64,000 nt of DNA from Escherichia coli (GCF_036507355.1 NZ_AP027877.1), one strand, 5' to 3'. Positions 15,080-28,685 are shown, counted from the stretch's first letter. Translations and numbers: made by a program. Notes: generated from the sequence alone by a model not told the origin.

Positions 15080-15374
15080 CTCTAGATCTCTTTTTTGCCT
15101 GCAAGCCCGGGGAATGCGCCCACAAGTTCTGCCTAATCGATTGAAAAAACATCTTTTTTTTAAAGATGTGTTCGATGCTGTGTACCAGTGCTCACAGATG
15201 TCTACTTTTTCGCGAAAACGTAGATCTCTAACGCCCAACGAAAAGCATGAAAGCGATCACGAATCCCATTGGGTCGTCATGTTCTGCCGATCGCATCTTC
15301 CTATCCTCGCTCCAGGCCTGCCGCATAACCAATCAGGCTTCCTACTTACAGAATTGAGAAAAGAGGATGTGGAA

Positions 15375-19203
<3,829 letters not shown>

Positions 19204-19369
19204 TTTAATATCCCTCCAGCGAATTATGCTCACAACCTGAACTTAACAGAAAACAATCCGTTCAGGGATACGACGTTTGTATTTTAAGAATCTGACTGCC
19301 TGACCCGACGCATTTTACCTCTCCCTATATTCATGCGTCCGGGACATAAACATAAATAAGGGCTATGAG

Positions 19370-21085
19370 ATGAATTCGTTACAAATCTTGAGTTTTGTCG
19401 GTTTTACGCTGCTGGTGGCGATCATCACCTGGTGGAAGGTTCGCAAAACAGATACCGGATCGCAACAAGGCTATTTTCTTGCCGGACGTTCACTAAAAGC
19501 GCCGGTTATTGCCGCTTCGTTAATGTTAACCAACCTTTCCACGGAACAACTGGTTGGTCTTTCCGGGCAGGCCTACAAAAGCGGCATGTCGGTGATGGGC
19601 TGGGAAGTGACTTCAGCGGTGACGCTGATCTTCCTCGCGCTAATCTTTTTACCGCGCTATCTGAAGCGCGGCATTGCCACCATCCCCGATTTTCTGGAGG
19701 AACGTTATGATAAAACGACGCGTATTATCATCGACTTCTGCTTCCTCATTGCCACCGGCGTCTGCTTTCTGCCGATTGTTCTCTACTCCGGCGCGTTGGC
19801 GCTCAACAGCCTGTTTCACGTCGGGGAATCGCTACAGATTTCTCACGGTGCGGCTATCTGGCTACTGGTAATTTTGCTTGGTCTGGCGGGAATTTTGTAT
19901 GCGGTGATCGGCGGACTGCGCGCAATGGCAGTGGCGGACTCCATCAACGGTATTGGGCTGGTTATCGGCGGGTTGATGGTGCCGGTATTTGGCCTGATCG
20001 CGATGGGCAAGGGCAGCTTTATGCAGGGCATTGAGCAAATTACCACCGTTCACGCCGAGAAATTAAACTCAGTCGGTGGCCCGACCGATCCCTTGCCGAT
20101 TGGCGCGGCATTTACCGGTTTAATTCTGGTGAACACCTTTTACTGGTGTACAAATCAGGGCATCGTGCAACGCACGCTGGCGTCAAAAAGCCTGGCGGAA
20201 GGGCAAAAGGGGGCGCTGTTAACGGCGGTGCTGAAAATGCTCGACCCGCTGGTACTGGTGCTGCCAGGGTTGATTGCGTTTCATCTGTATCAGGATCTAC
20301 CGAAAGCCGACATGGCCTACCCGACACTGGTCAATAACGTTCTGCCAGTGCCACTGGTGGGTTTCTTCGGCGCGGTGTTATTTGGTGCGGTGATCAGTAC
20401 CTTCAACGGCTTTCTGAATAGCGCCAGTACGTTATTCAGTATGGGTATTTACCGTCGCATCATTAACCAGAATGCCGAGCCGCAGCAGCTGGTCACCGTC
20501 GGGCGCAAATTTGGTTTCTTTATCGCTATCGTTTCGGTGCTGGTAGCGCCGTGGATCGCCAACGCGCCGCAGGGGCTGTATAGCTGGATGAAACAGCTCA
20601 ACGGCATTTACAACGTGCCGCTGGTTACCATCATCATTATGGGCTTTTTCTTCCCGCGCATCCCGGCGCTGGCGGCAAAAGTGGCGATGGGGATTGGCAT
20701 AATCAGCTACATCACCATCAACTATCTGGTGAAGTTCGACTTCCATTTCCTCTATGTGCTGGCCTGTACGTTCTGCATCAACGTGGTCGTGATGCTGGTG
20801 ATCGGTTTTATCAAACCGCGCGCCACGCCGTTCACCTTCAAAGATGCGTTTGCGGTGGACATGAAACCGTGGAAAAACGTCAAGATCGCGTCAATTGGCA
20901 TCCTGTTCGCGATGATTGGCGTCTATGCCGGGCTGGCTGAATTCGGCGGCTACGGTACGCGCTGGTTAGCGATGATCAGTTATTTCATTGCCGCCGTAGT
21001 GATTGTCTACCTGATTTTTGACAGCTGGCGGCATCGTCACGACCCAGCCGTAACCTTTACTCCCGATGCAAAGGATAGCCTATGA
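19370..21085 (+). CDS. yidK: sodium:solute symporter family transporter YidK (571 aa)
   Basis: Polytopic membrane protein with an SSS-family look (GYFLAGRSL near the N-terminus). It overlaps the yidJ start. Confidence 0.92.
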   Translation: MNSLQILSFVGFTLLVAIITWWKVRKTDTGSQQGYFLAGRSLKAPVIAASLMLTNLSTEQLVGLSGQAYKSGMSVMGWEVTSAVTLIFLALIFLPRYLKRGIATIPDFLEERYDKTTRIIIDFCFLIATGVCFLPIVLYSGALALNSLFHVGESLQISHGAAIWLLVILLGLAGILYAVIGGLRAMAVADSINGIGLVIGGLMVPVFGLIAMGKGSFMQGIEQITTVHAEKLNSVGGPTDPLPIGAAFTGLILVNTFYWCTNQGIVQRTLASKSLAEGQKGALLTAVLKMLDPLVLVLPGLIAFHLYQDLPKADMAYPTLVNNVLPVPLVGFFGAVLFGAVISTFNGFLNSASTLFSMGIYRRIINQNAEPQQLVTVGRKFGFFIAIVSVLVAPWIANAPQGLYSWMKQLNGIYNVPLVTIIIMGFFFPRIPALAAKVAMGIGIISYITINYLVKFDFHFLYVLACTFCINVVVMLVIGFIKPRATPFTFKDAFAVDMKPWKNVKIASIGILFAMIGVYAGLAEFGGYGTRWLAMISYFIAAVVIVYLIFDSWRHRHDPAVTFTPDAKDSL

Positions 21086-22575
21086 AACGCCCCAATTTTC
21101 TGTTCATCATGACCGATACCCAGGCCACCAATATGGTCGGTTGCTATAGCGGTAAGCCGCTGAATACGCAAAATATTGATAGTCTGGCGGCGGAAGGTAT
21201 TCGCTTTAACTCCGCCTACACCTGTTCACCGGTTTGTACACCGGCGCGCGCCGGGCTGTTTACCGGTATCTACGCTAACCAGTCCGGGCCGTGGACCAAC
21301 AACGTCGCGCCGGGTAAAAACATCTCCACTATGGGGCGCTACTTTAAGGATGCCGGCTATCACACCTGTTACATCGGCAAATGGCATCTCGACGGTCATG
21401 ACTATTTCGGCACTGGCGAGTGTCCGCCGGAGTGGGACGCTGATTACTGGTTCGATGGGGCGAACTATCTTAGCGAACTGACGGAAAAAGAGATTAGCCT
21501 GTGGCGCAATGGCCTAAACAGCGTTGAAGATTTACAGGCGAACCATATTGACGAAACCTTCACCTGGGCGCACCGCATCAGCAATCGAGCGGTGGATTTT
21601 CTGCAACAGTCCGCGCGCGCCGAGGAACCCTTCCTGATGGTGGTTTCGTATGATGAGCCGCATCACCCGTTCACCTGTCCGGTGGAGTATTTAGAGAAAT
21701 ACGCTGATTTTTACTACGAGCTGGGCGAGAAAGCACAGGATGACCTGGCGAACAAACCGGAACATCACCGCTTATGGGCGCAGGCGATGCCATCGCCAGT
21801 CGGTGATGACGGGCTTTATCACCATCCGCTCTATTTTGCCTGTAATGACTTTGTTGATGACCAAATCGGACGGGTCATCAATGCCTTAACGCCAGAGCAA
21901 CGTGAAAATACGTGGGTTATTTATACCTCCGATCACGGCGAAATGATGGGCGCACATAAGCTGATCAGTAAAGGAGCGGCGATGTATGACGACATCACCC
22001 GCATTCCGCTGATCATCCGTTCGCCGCAAGGGGAGCGGCGACAGGTCAATACGCCAGTCAGTCATATCGATTTACTGCCGACAATGATGGCGCTGGCAGA
22101 TATTGAAAAACCAGAGATTCTGCCGGGGGAAAATATCCTTGCCGTGAAAGAGCCACGCGGCGTGATGGTGGAATTTAACCGCTACGAGATTGAGCATGAC
22201 AGCTTTGGCGGTTTTATTCCGGTGCGTTGCTGGGTGACGGATGACTTTAAACTGGTGCTCAACCTCTTCACCAGTGATGAACTTTACGATCGCCGTAATG
22301 ATCCAAATGAAATGCATAACCTGATCGATGATGCCCATTTTGCCGACGTTAGCAGCAAAATGCATGATGCCTTATTGGATTATATGGACAAAATTCGCGA
22401 TCCGTTCCGCAGTTACCAATGGAGCCTGCGTCCGTGGCGTAAAGATGCACAGCCGCGCTGGATGGGGGCGTTTCGTCCACGTCCACAAGATGGCTATTCG
22501 CCAGTTGTACGCGACTATGACACCGGCCTACCGACACAAGGGGTGAAGGTGGAAGAGAAAAAACAGAAGTTCTGA
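21082..22575 (+). CDS. yidJ: Cys-type sulfatase YidJ (497 aa)
   Basis: Contains the sulfatase signature CSPVCTPARAGLFTG (C-x-P-x-R) and the downstream GKWHL motif. Confidence 0.93.
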   Translation: MKRPNFLFIMTDTQATNMVGCYSGKPLNTQNIDSLAAEGIRFNSAYTCSPVCTPARAGLFTGIYANQSGPWTNNVAPGKNISTMGRYFKDAGYHTCYIGKWHLDGHDYFGTGECPPEWDADYWFDGANYLSELTEKEISLWRNGLNSVEDLQANHIDETFTWAHRISNRAVDFLQQSARAEEPFLMVVSYDEPHHPFTCPVEYLEKYADFYYELGEKAQDDLANKPEHHRLWAQAMPSPVGDDGLYHHPLYFACNDFVDDQIGRVINALTPEQRENTWVIYTSDHGEMMGAHKLISKGAAMYDDITRIPLIIRSPQGERRQVNTPVSHIDLLPTMMALADIEKPEILPGENILAVKEPRGVMVEFNRYEIEHDSFGGFIPVRCWVTDDFKLVLNLFTSDELYDRRNDPNEMHNLIDDAHFADVSSKMHDALLDYMDKIRDPFRSYQWSLRPWRKDAQPRWMGAFRPRPQDGYSPVVRDYDTGLPTQGVKVEEKKQKF

Positions 22576-22580
22576 CGATA

Positions 22581-22609
22581 ATGCCCGCTGATGAACACCC
22601 GGCGGGCAT
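22581..22609. terminator. hairpin between convergent yidJ and yidI
   Basis: Stem ATGCCCGC / GCGGGCAT with a 13-nt loop. Confidence 0.6.
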
Positions 22610-22621
22610 TATTCAGGCTGC

Positions 22622-23071
22622 TTAAACCAGTGAACCGCCGGTCAGGAAGGAAAAGATAAGGAATATCAGCAAAATGCTGCACACGATGCCGATACCAAAA
22701 AGCAAGGTATGGAAAGCCAGCGTCCCGCCGCCAAAAACCAGCGCGCCGCGAATGCCCCAGCGATTTTCCTTACGCATACCGCCAATAAATGCGCAAAGTA
22801 GCGCAGCAATGGCCAGTGCGATACCGCTTTGATCGAGGATTTTATCGACATCTACGTCCTCTTTTTTCTCCACGGTGGTAATTTTTTCGCCTTTTATTCC
22901 GGCGAGAAGACCTCTTTTAATTTCAGCCGTTTTGTCCGCCACGATGCTTTCAAACGTTGGCGGTGGTGCGGAGAAAGGGCTGAATGAAAAGTGGATAATC
23001 CCCATCATTAAAGCGATGGCACCGAACAGCATGCCCAATGAACTGATTTTATTTTGCGCTATGATACCCAT
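22622..23071 (-). CDS. yidI: inner membrane protein YidI (149 aa)
   Basis: Hydrophobic ORF in the K-12 position. Confidence 0.85.
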   Translation of the reverse strand: MGIIAQNKISSLGMLFGAIALMMGIIHFSFSPFSAPPPTFESIVADKTAEIKRGLLAGIKGEKITTVEKKEDVDVDKILDQSGIALAIAALLCAFIGGMRKENRWGIRGALVFGGGTLAFHTLLFGIGIVCSILLIFLIFSFLTGGSLV

Positions 23072-23179
23072 CTGACCTCCTTGTAGCGGATGGCAAAAGC
23101 ATATCAGGAAACGGGCGGACGAAATTCTTAAAAAAAACCGCTAAAGGTAGAGCGTTAGTGAAATTGCAAAGGAGCAACA

Positions 23180-23527
23180 ATGAAAATTTCCCGCCTCGGA
23201 GAAGCGCCTGATTACCGCTTCTCGCTGGCTAATGAGCGTACTTTTCTGGCGTGGATCCGTACTGCACTAGGATTTCTGGCGGCGGGGGTTGGGCTTGATC
23301 AACTTGCGCCAGATTTCGCCACGCCCGTCATTCGCGAACTGCTGGCGTTGTTGTTGTGTCTGTTTTCCGGCGGGTTAGCGATGTATGGCTACTTGCGCTG
23401 GTTACGCAATGAAAAAGCGATGCGTCTGAAAGAGGACCTGCCCTACACCAACAGCTTATTAATCATCAGCTTAATATTGATGGTCGTAGCAGTGATCGTT
23501 ATGGGACTGGTGTTGTATGCCGGATAG
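23180..23527 (+). CDS. yidH: DUF202 inner membrane protein YidH (115 aa)
   Basis: LANERTFLAWIRTALGF is the DUF202 motif. A GGAG RBS lies upstream. Confidence 0.9.
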   Translation: MKISRLGEAPDYRFSLANERTFLAWIRTALGFLAAGVGLDQLAPDFATPVIRELLALLLCLFSGGLAMYGYLRWLRNEKAMRLKEDLPYTNSLLIISLILMVVAVIVMGLVLYAG

Positions 23528-23879
23528 CCGCAAAGCCAGACGCATTGCCGACCCAGGGCTGCAGCCGGAGCGCACATCACTGGCGTGGTTTCGTACCATG
23601 CTGGGCTACGGCGCGTTGATGGCGTTGGCTATCAAACACAACTGGCACCAGGCGGGCATGTTATTCTGGATTTCGATTGGCATCCTCGCCATCGTGGCGC
23701 TGATCCTCTGGCACTACACTCGTAATCGCAATTTAATGGATGTCACGAATAGCGATTTTTCCCAATTTCACGTAGTCCGTGACAAATTTTTGATCTCCCT
23801 CGCGGTGTTATCTCTCGCAATACTGTTTGCTGTAACGCATATACATCAACTTATCGTATTTATTGAGAGAGTCGCATGA
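23517..23879 (+). CDS. yidG: DUF202 inner membrane protein YidG (120 aa)
   Basis: QPERTSLAWFRTMLGY is a paralogous DUF202 motif. The gene overlaps yidH and yidF. Confidence 0.88.
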   Translation: MPDSRKARRIADPGLQPERTSLAWFRTMLGYGALMALAIKHNWHQAGMLFWISIGILAIVALILWHYTRNRNLMDVTNSDFSQFHVVRDKFLISLAVLSLAILFAVTHIHQLIVFIERVA

Positions 23880-24373
23880 CAGGAAGTCAGGTCATTGATG
23901 CTGAAGAGGACAGGCATAAACTGGTTGTAGAGTATAAGGATACTCTGCAACCTGCCGATTTTTATCACAATTTCAAACAGCGGGGCATCCGCTCCGTACA
24001 GCTTATTCCCCATCTTGAATTTGATGACCGGGGCGATATGACGGCCGCTTCGGTGACAGCAGAGCTGTGGGGGAAATTTTTAATTACCCTGTTCGAGTGT
24101 TGGGTGCGGGCAGATATCAGTCGTATCTCGATTGAGCTTTTTGACTCCACCCTACAAAAATGGTGTGGCAGCGAAAACCCGCAATCGCGCCGTGACTGCC
24201 AGGCGTGCGAGTGGCATCGGCTGTGTCCGCACGCTCGGGAGGAGACGCCAGACAACGTGCTTTGTGCGGGCTATCAGGCGTTTTATTCTTACTCCGCACC
24301 GCATATGCGGGTGATGCGTGATCTGATAAAGCAGCATCGTTCTCCCATGGAGCTGATGACGATGCTGCGGTGA
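23876..24373 (+). CDS. yidF: YidF, a C-terminal (SPASM-like, Cys-rich) fragment of an anaerobic sulfatase-maturating enzyme (165 aa)
   Basis: Has Cys-rich C-terminal motifs (CQACEWHRLCPH, CAGY) but no N-terminal radical-SAM CxxxCxxC. The length matches K-12 YidF as I recall it. Confidence 0.8.
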   Translation: MTGSQVIDAEEDRHKLVVEYKDTLQPADFYHNFKQRGIRSVQLIPHLEFDDRGDMTAASVTAELWGKFLITLFECWVRADISRISIELFDSTLQKWCGSENPQSRRDCQACEWHRLCPHAREETPDNVLCAGYQAFYSYSAPHMRVMRDLIKQHRSPMELMTMLR

Positions 24374-24380
24374 TGTGCGC

Positions 24381-25565
24381 TTAAACGGGCTGCCCCTGAT
24401 GCGACATCCGCGTTGCCAGCGGTAGCCAGCACAGCACGATCAACAATCCCATTAAGGTCATCAACAATCCCAGGCTGCCCTGACCGGTTTGCGGCAACAT
24501 CGCTGAGAGCGACGCCAGCACGCCGGAACCAATGTTTTGCAGACCGCCGACCAGCGCGCCAGCCGTGCCCGCCAGGAAGGGGAACGGCTCCATCGCGCCG
24601 CTGGTCGCCAGCGGAAACAGCATCCCGGCACCGAAAAAGAACAGCGCGGCGGGAACAAGTAGCGTCCAGACATTCATCACGCCAAACCAGTCGGGGATCC
24701 ACATCAGTAAGCCAGCCAGTAGGCAGCAGATAACCGACTGCCACATCAACGTTGAGAAGCGTTTATTGGGACGTCCGGCAAACCATGCCCCAAAAAATGC
24801 CGCCGGAATCGGCAGAATAAACAAAATACTGACCGTCATACTGCTCAGCCCTAATACCGCGCCCATCAGCACGCCGGAGCAGGCTTCAAAGGCGGCAATC
24901 CCGGCCAGACCGCCAATCAGCATCAGCAAATAACAGTTAAAACCGCCGTTACCGAAAAGCGTTTTATAACTGGTAAGCAGGCGCGTGCGCGGTGCATCGA
25001 CCGGACGCGTTTCCGGCATCCAGCGGGCCATACTGAAGGTCACACCAGCACAAAGAACCAACAAAAAGAGATAACAGACGCGCCAGTTCCACATCGTATC
25101 CAGCAGACCGCCGATTAGCGGTGCGAGCAACGGACTAACAAGAATCCCCATGTTTAACAGGCTGTTAGCATGGCGCAACTGTGTCCGTTCATATAAATCA
25201 CGCGGCAAAGTACGCGCCATTACGCCGCCAACGCCGGTGCCCATCCCCTGCATCGCGCTGGCGGCAATCAATACCGTCAAACTGGAGGTCGTGACCGCGA
25301 CCAGCGTTGCCAGCATAAAAATGGACATTCCGACGAGGATCACTGGTCGGCGACCCATGCGGTCGGATATCGGGCCATAAAACAGCTGCGAGACACCGTA
25401 AGTCAGCAGATAAGCGCCCATTACGCTCTGCACCGCCCCTTCACGGACGTTGAGATCGCGCGCCATATCGGCAATAGCTGGAATATAAATGGTTTGCGCC
25501 ATCTGACCGACGGCCACGAGTAATACCAACATCAATAACAAATTGACGTTTCTATGCCTTTTCAT
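24381..25565 (-). CDS. emrD: MFS multidrug efflux transporter EmrD (394 aa)
   Basis: MKRHRNVNLLLMLVLLVAVGQMAQTIYIPAIADMARDL, a 12-TM MFS protein. Confidence 0.96.
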   Translation of the reverse strand: MKRHRNVNLLLMLVLLVAVGQMAQTIYIPAIADMARDLNVREGAVQSVMGAYLLTYGVSQLFYGPISDRMGRRPVILVGMSIFMLATLVAVTTSSLTVLIAASAMQGMGTGVGGVMARTLPRDLYERTQLRHANSLLNMGILVSPLLAPLIGGLLDTMWNWRVCYLFLLVLCAGVTFSMARWMPETRPVDAPRTRLLTSYKTLFGNGGFNCYLLMLIGGLAGIAAFEACSGVLMGAVLGLSSMTVSILFILPIPAAFFGAWFAGRPNKRFSTLMWQSVICCLLAGLLMWIPDWFGVMNVWTLLVPAALFFFGAGMLFPLATSGAMEPFPFLAGTAGALVGGLQNIGSGVLASLSAMLPQTGQGSLGLLMTLMGLLIVLCWLPLATRMSHQGQPV

Positions 25566-25744
25566 TATCACGGATGCTTTTATAAAAATAATTAGAATAA
25601 GTCACTACGCATTCACATAAATGCGGGAGAGGAATCTATCACATTGATGAATGTTAGCCAGATATACGCCAGGAATGGGGAATTGTTTAGCGGCAGAATA
25701 TGTAAACAAAAGCGGCAATAAATGTTGCCGGGAGAGATGGTAGG

Positions 25745-25776
25745 GCGGATAAGATGCGTCAGCATCGCATCCGACA
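25745..25776. repeat. REP element
   Basis: gcggataagatgcgtcagcatcgcatccgaca is a typical REP palindromic unit. Confidence 0.8.
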
Positions 25777-25796
25777 CCAACCCGCACGCTAAATAT

Positions 25797-25826
25797 AAAA
25801 GGGGAGCGGTTACCCGCTCCCCTTTG
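25797..25826 (-). terminator. rho-independent terminator of tisAB
   Basis: Stem GGGGAGCGG / CCGCTCCCC (25801-25822). On the minus-strand RNA it is followed by UUUUAUAUUU. Confidence 0.85.
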
Positions 25827-25844
25827 GTGCGACTTGAATCTGAA

Positions 25845-25934
25845 TTACTTCAGGTATTTCAGAACAGCATCAAGCAGTTGCAGTGCTGCAACAATGAGTT
25901 TGAGGATAAGAATGGCGATATCCACCAGGCTCAT
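25845..25934 (-). CDS. tisB: type I toxin TisB (29 aa)
   Basis: The reverse complement translates exactly to MSLVDIAILILKLIVAALQLLDAVLKYLK*. Confidence 0.97.
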   Translation of the reverse strand: MSLVDIAILILKLIVAALQLLDAVLKYLK

Positions 25935-26036
25935 ACGCGTCTCCTGTGGTTCAGGAGCACTGCCAGCTGACGTACCTTTCCGCTGCCTGTTGCCAGCTGT
26001 TGTGCACGCGGTATCTCAAGGAGAAACGTTGTGCTT

Positions 26037-26057
26037 GTTGACATAACACAGTGTGCT
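26037..26057 (-). promoter_or_regulatory. IstR-1 pairing site in the tisAB 5' leader
   Basis: Plus-strand gttgacataacacagtgtgct is identical at 20 of 21 positions to the IstR-1 5' end (26295-26315, same strand). The minus-strand tisAB transcript is therefore complementary to IstR-1 at this site. Confidence 0.8.
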
Positions 26058-26168
26058 CACGCGGGGTTAAGGCGCTGACGGCACCACCCGTTTCAGCCAG
26101 GACTTAGTGCGCCGGGTAACGATGCGGCCCCCGCATAACACATTGCGTACAGTGATATTATAGAACTT

Positions 26169-26188
26169 TACTGTATAAATAAACAGTA
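26169..26188. promoter_or_regulatory. LexA box (SOS operator) controlling tisAB and istR-2
   Basis: TACTGTATAAATAAACAGTA fits the consensus TACTG(TA)5CAGTA. Confidence 0.92.
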
Positions 26189-26294
26189 ATATTTAGACAA
26201 AACGCAAACTGTGATCGATACTCAACTATGTACTAAATACGTCAAAATTCGTGCCGAAATTGCGCGTTCTGCGCGGAACAGGTATACTTTCAGT

Positions 26295-26369
26295 GTTGAC
26301 ATAATACAGTGTGCTTTGCGGTTACCAGCCGCAGGCGGCTGACGAAACCTCGCTCCGGCGGGGTTTTTT
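26295..26369 (+). ncRNA. istR: IstR-1 antitoxin sRNA (75 nt); the longer IstR-2 form would start upstream near the LexA box
   Basis: GTTGACATAATACAGTGTGCTTTGCGGTTACCAGCCGCAGGCGGCTGACGAAACCTCGCTCCGGCGGGGTTTTTT. It ends in a terminator hairpin (CCTCGCTCCGG / CGGGG) plus a T-run, and the sequence matches my memory of IstR-1. Confidence 0.85.
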
Positions 26370-26498
26370 GTTACCTGCAATTCAGTATAAAACGTGATCA
26401 ACCCCTCAATTTTCCCTTGCTGAAAAATTTTCCATTGTCTCCCCTGTAAAGCTGTGCTTGTATAAATATTGTTAAACACAAAACCAACAAGGTCCCCA

Positions 26499-26597
26499 AT
26501 GACTACTTCCATGTTCAACGCAAAACTACTACCAACTGCGCCATCCGCCGCAGTGGTCGTCGTGCGTGTGGTGGTGGTCGTCGGCAATGCGCCGTAG
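26499..26597 (+). CDS. ivbL: ilvBN leader peptide IvbL (32 aa)
   Basis: MTTSMFNAKLLPTAPSAAVVVVRVVVVVGNAP* has the Val/Leu-rich run typical of an attenuation leader. Confidence 0.95.
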   Translation: MTTSMFNAKLLPTAPSAAVVVVRVVVVVGNAP

Positions 26598-26620
26598 GGA
26601 CTGGAACAACACACGATTCC

Positions 26621-26657
26621 AAAACCCCGCCGGCGCAAACCGGGCGGGGTTTTTCGT
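26621..26657 (+). terminator. ilvBN attenuator terminator
   Basis: AAAACCCCGCCGGCGCAAACCGGGCGGGGTTTTTCGTTT is a GC-rich hairpin with a T-run, lying between ivbL and ilvB. Confidence 0.9.
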
Positions 26658-26702
26658 TTAAGCACCTCCCGGAAAGTCGGCCCAGAAGAAAAGGACTGGA
26701 GC

Positions 26703-28391
26703 ATGGCAAGTTCGGGCACAACATCGACGCGTAAGCGCTTTACCGGCGCAGAATTTATCGTTTATTTCCTGGAACAGCAGGGCATTAAGATTGTGACGGG
26801 TATTCCGGGCGGTTCTATCCTGCCTGTTTACGATGCCTTAAGCCAAAGCACGCAAATCCGCCATATTCTGGCTCGCCATGAACAGGGCGCGGGGTTTATC
26901 GCTCAGGGAATGGCGCGCACTGACGGTAAACCGGCGGTCTGTATGGCCTGTAGCGGGCCGGGAGCGACTAACCTGGTGACCGCCATTGCCGATGCGCGGC
27001 TGGATTCGATCCCGCTGATTTGCATCACCGGTCAGGTTCCCGCCTCGATGATCGGCACCGACGCCTTCCAGGAAGTGGACACCTACGGCATCTCTATCCC
27101 CATCACCAAACACAACTATCTGGTCAGACATATCGAAGAACTCCCGCAGGTCATGAGCGATGCCTTCCACATTGCGCAATCAGGCCGCCCTGGCCCGGTG
27201 TGGATAGACATTCCTAAGGATGTGCAAACGGCAGTTTTTGAGATTGAAGCACAGCCCGCGGTGGCAGAAAAAGACGCCGCACCCGCCTTTAGCGAAGAAA
27301 GCATTCGTGACGCAGCTACAATGATTAACGCCGCCAAACGCCCGGTGCTTTATCTGGGCGGCGGTGTGATCAATGCGCCTGCGCGGGTGCGTGAACTGGC
27401 GGAGAAAGCGCAGCTGCCAACTACCATGACCTTAATGGCGCTGGGTATGCTGCCAAAAGCGCATCCGCTGTCGCTGGGTATGCTGGGGATGCACGGCGTG
27501 CGCAGCACCAACTATATTTTGCAGGAGGCGGATTTGTTGATTGTGCTCGGTGCGCGTTTTGATGACCGGGCGATTGGCAAAACCGAGCAGTTCTGCCCGA
27601 ATGCCAAAATTATTCATGTCGATATCGACCGCGCAGAGCTGGGCAAAATCAAGCAACCGCACGTAGCGATTCAGGCGGATGTTGATGACGTGCTGGCGCA
27701 GTTGATCCCGCTGGTGGAAGCGCAACCGCGTGCAGAGTGGCACCAGTTGGTGGCGGATTTGCAGCGCGAATTTCCGTGTCCAATCCCGAAAGCGTGCGAT
27801 CCATTAAGCCATTACGGCCTGATCAACGCCATTGCCGCCTGTGTCGATGACAATGCGATTATCACCACCGACGTTGGTCAGCATCAGATGTGGACCGCGC
27901 AAGCCTATCCGCTCAATCGCCCACGCCAGTGGCTGACCTCCGGTGGGCTGGGCACGATGGGCTTTGGCCTGCCTGCGGCGATTGGCGCAGCGCTGGCGAA
28001 CCCGGATCGCAAAGTGTTGTGTTTCTCCGGCGACGGCAGCCTGATGATGAATATTCAGGAGATGGCGACCGCCAGTGAAAATCAGCTGGATGTCAAAATC
28101 ATTCTGATGAACAACGAAGCGCTGGGGCTGGTGCATCAGCAACAGAGTCTGTTCTACAAGCAGGGCGTTTTTGCCGCTACCTATCCGGGCAAAATCAACT
28201 TTATGCAGATTGCCGCCGGATTCGGCCTCGAAACCTGTGATTTGAATAACGAAGCCGATCCGCAGGCTGCATTGCAAGAAATCATCAATCGCCCTGGTCC
28301 GGCGCTGATCCATGTGCGTATTGATGCCGAAGAAAAAGTGTACCCGATGGTGCCGCCAGGTGCGGCGAATACTGAAATGGTGGGGGAATAA
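26703..28391 (+). CDS. ilvB: acetolactate synthase I large subunit (562 aa)
   Basis: ThDP-dependent enzyme. It has the N-terminus GAEFIVYFLEQQGIKIVTGIPGGSILPVYDAL and the ThDP motif GDGSLMMNIQE. Confidence 0.98.
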   Translation: MASSGTTSTRKRFTGAEFIVYFLEQQGIKIVTGIPGGSILPVYDALSQSTQIRHILARHEQGAGFIAQGMARTDGKPAVCMACSGPGATNLVTAIADARLDSIPLICITGQVPASMIGTDAFQEVDTYGISIPITKHNYLVRHIEELPQVMSDAFHIAQSGRPGPVWIDIPKDVQTAVFEIEAQPAVAEKDAAPAFSEESIRDAATMINAAKRPVLYLGGGVINAPARVRELAEKAQLPTTMTLMALGMLPKAHPLSLGMLGMHGVRSTNYILQEADLLIVLGARFDDRAIGKTEQFCPNAKIIHVDIDRAELGKIKQPHVAIQADVDDVLAQLIPLVEAQPRAEWHQLVADLQREFPCPIPKACDPLSHYGLINAIAACVDDNAIITTDVGQHQMWTAQAYPLNRPRQWLTSGGLGTMGFGLPAAIGAALANPDRKVLCFSGDGSLMMNIQEMATASENQLDVKIILMNNEALGLVHQQQSLFYKQGVFAATYPGKINFMQIAAGFGLETCDLNNEADPQAALQEIINRPGPALIHVRIDAEEKVYPMVPPGAANTEMVGE

Positions 28392-28394
28392 GCC

Positions 28395-28685
28395 ATGCAA
28401 AACACAACTCATGACAACGTGATTCTGGAACTCACCGTTCGCAACCATCCGGGCGTAATGACCCACGTTTGTGGCCTTTTTGCCCGCCGAGCTTTTAACG
28501 TTGAAGGCATTCTCTGCCTGCCGATTCAGGACAGCGACAAAAGCCACATCTGGCTACTGGTCAATGACGACCAGCGTCTGGAGCAGATGATAAGCCAGAT
28601 AGACAAGCTGGAAGATGTGGTGAAAGTGCAGCGTAATCAGTCCGATCCGACGATGTTTAACAAGATTGCGGTGTTTTTTCAGTAA
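28395..28685 (+). CDS. ilvN: acetolactate synthase I small (regulatory) subunit (96 aa)
   Basis: Contains an ACT domain ([31 protein letters not shown]). Confidence 0.97.

Noticed and set aside
15114-15374. Upstream extensions of predicted ORFs: glvC at 625 aa, yidX at 274 aa, yidP at 291 aa, yidQ at 144 aa, nepI at 436 aa, adeQ at 470 aa and yicN at 177 aa.
   Set aside because: The extensions cross divergent promoter regions, lack protein-like sequence, and an internal ATG with a Shine-Dalgarno reproduces the known N-terminus in every case.
26222-26724. 165-aa and 69-aa minus-strand ORFs spanning the istR-ivbL region.
   Set aside because: The region is fully explained by the IstR sRNA, the IvbL leader peptide and the ilvB attenuator. 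The ORFs run antisense through these elements and encode a Thr/Arg-rich product that does not look like a protein.
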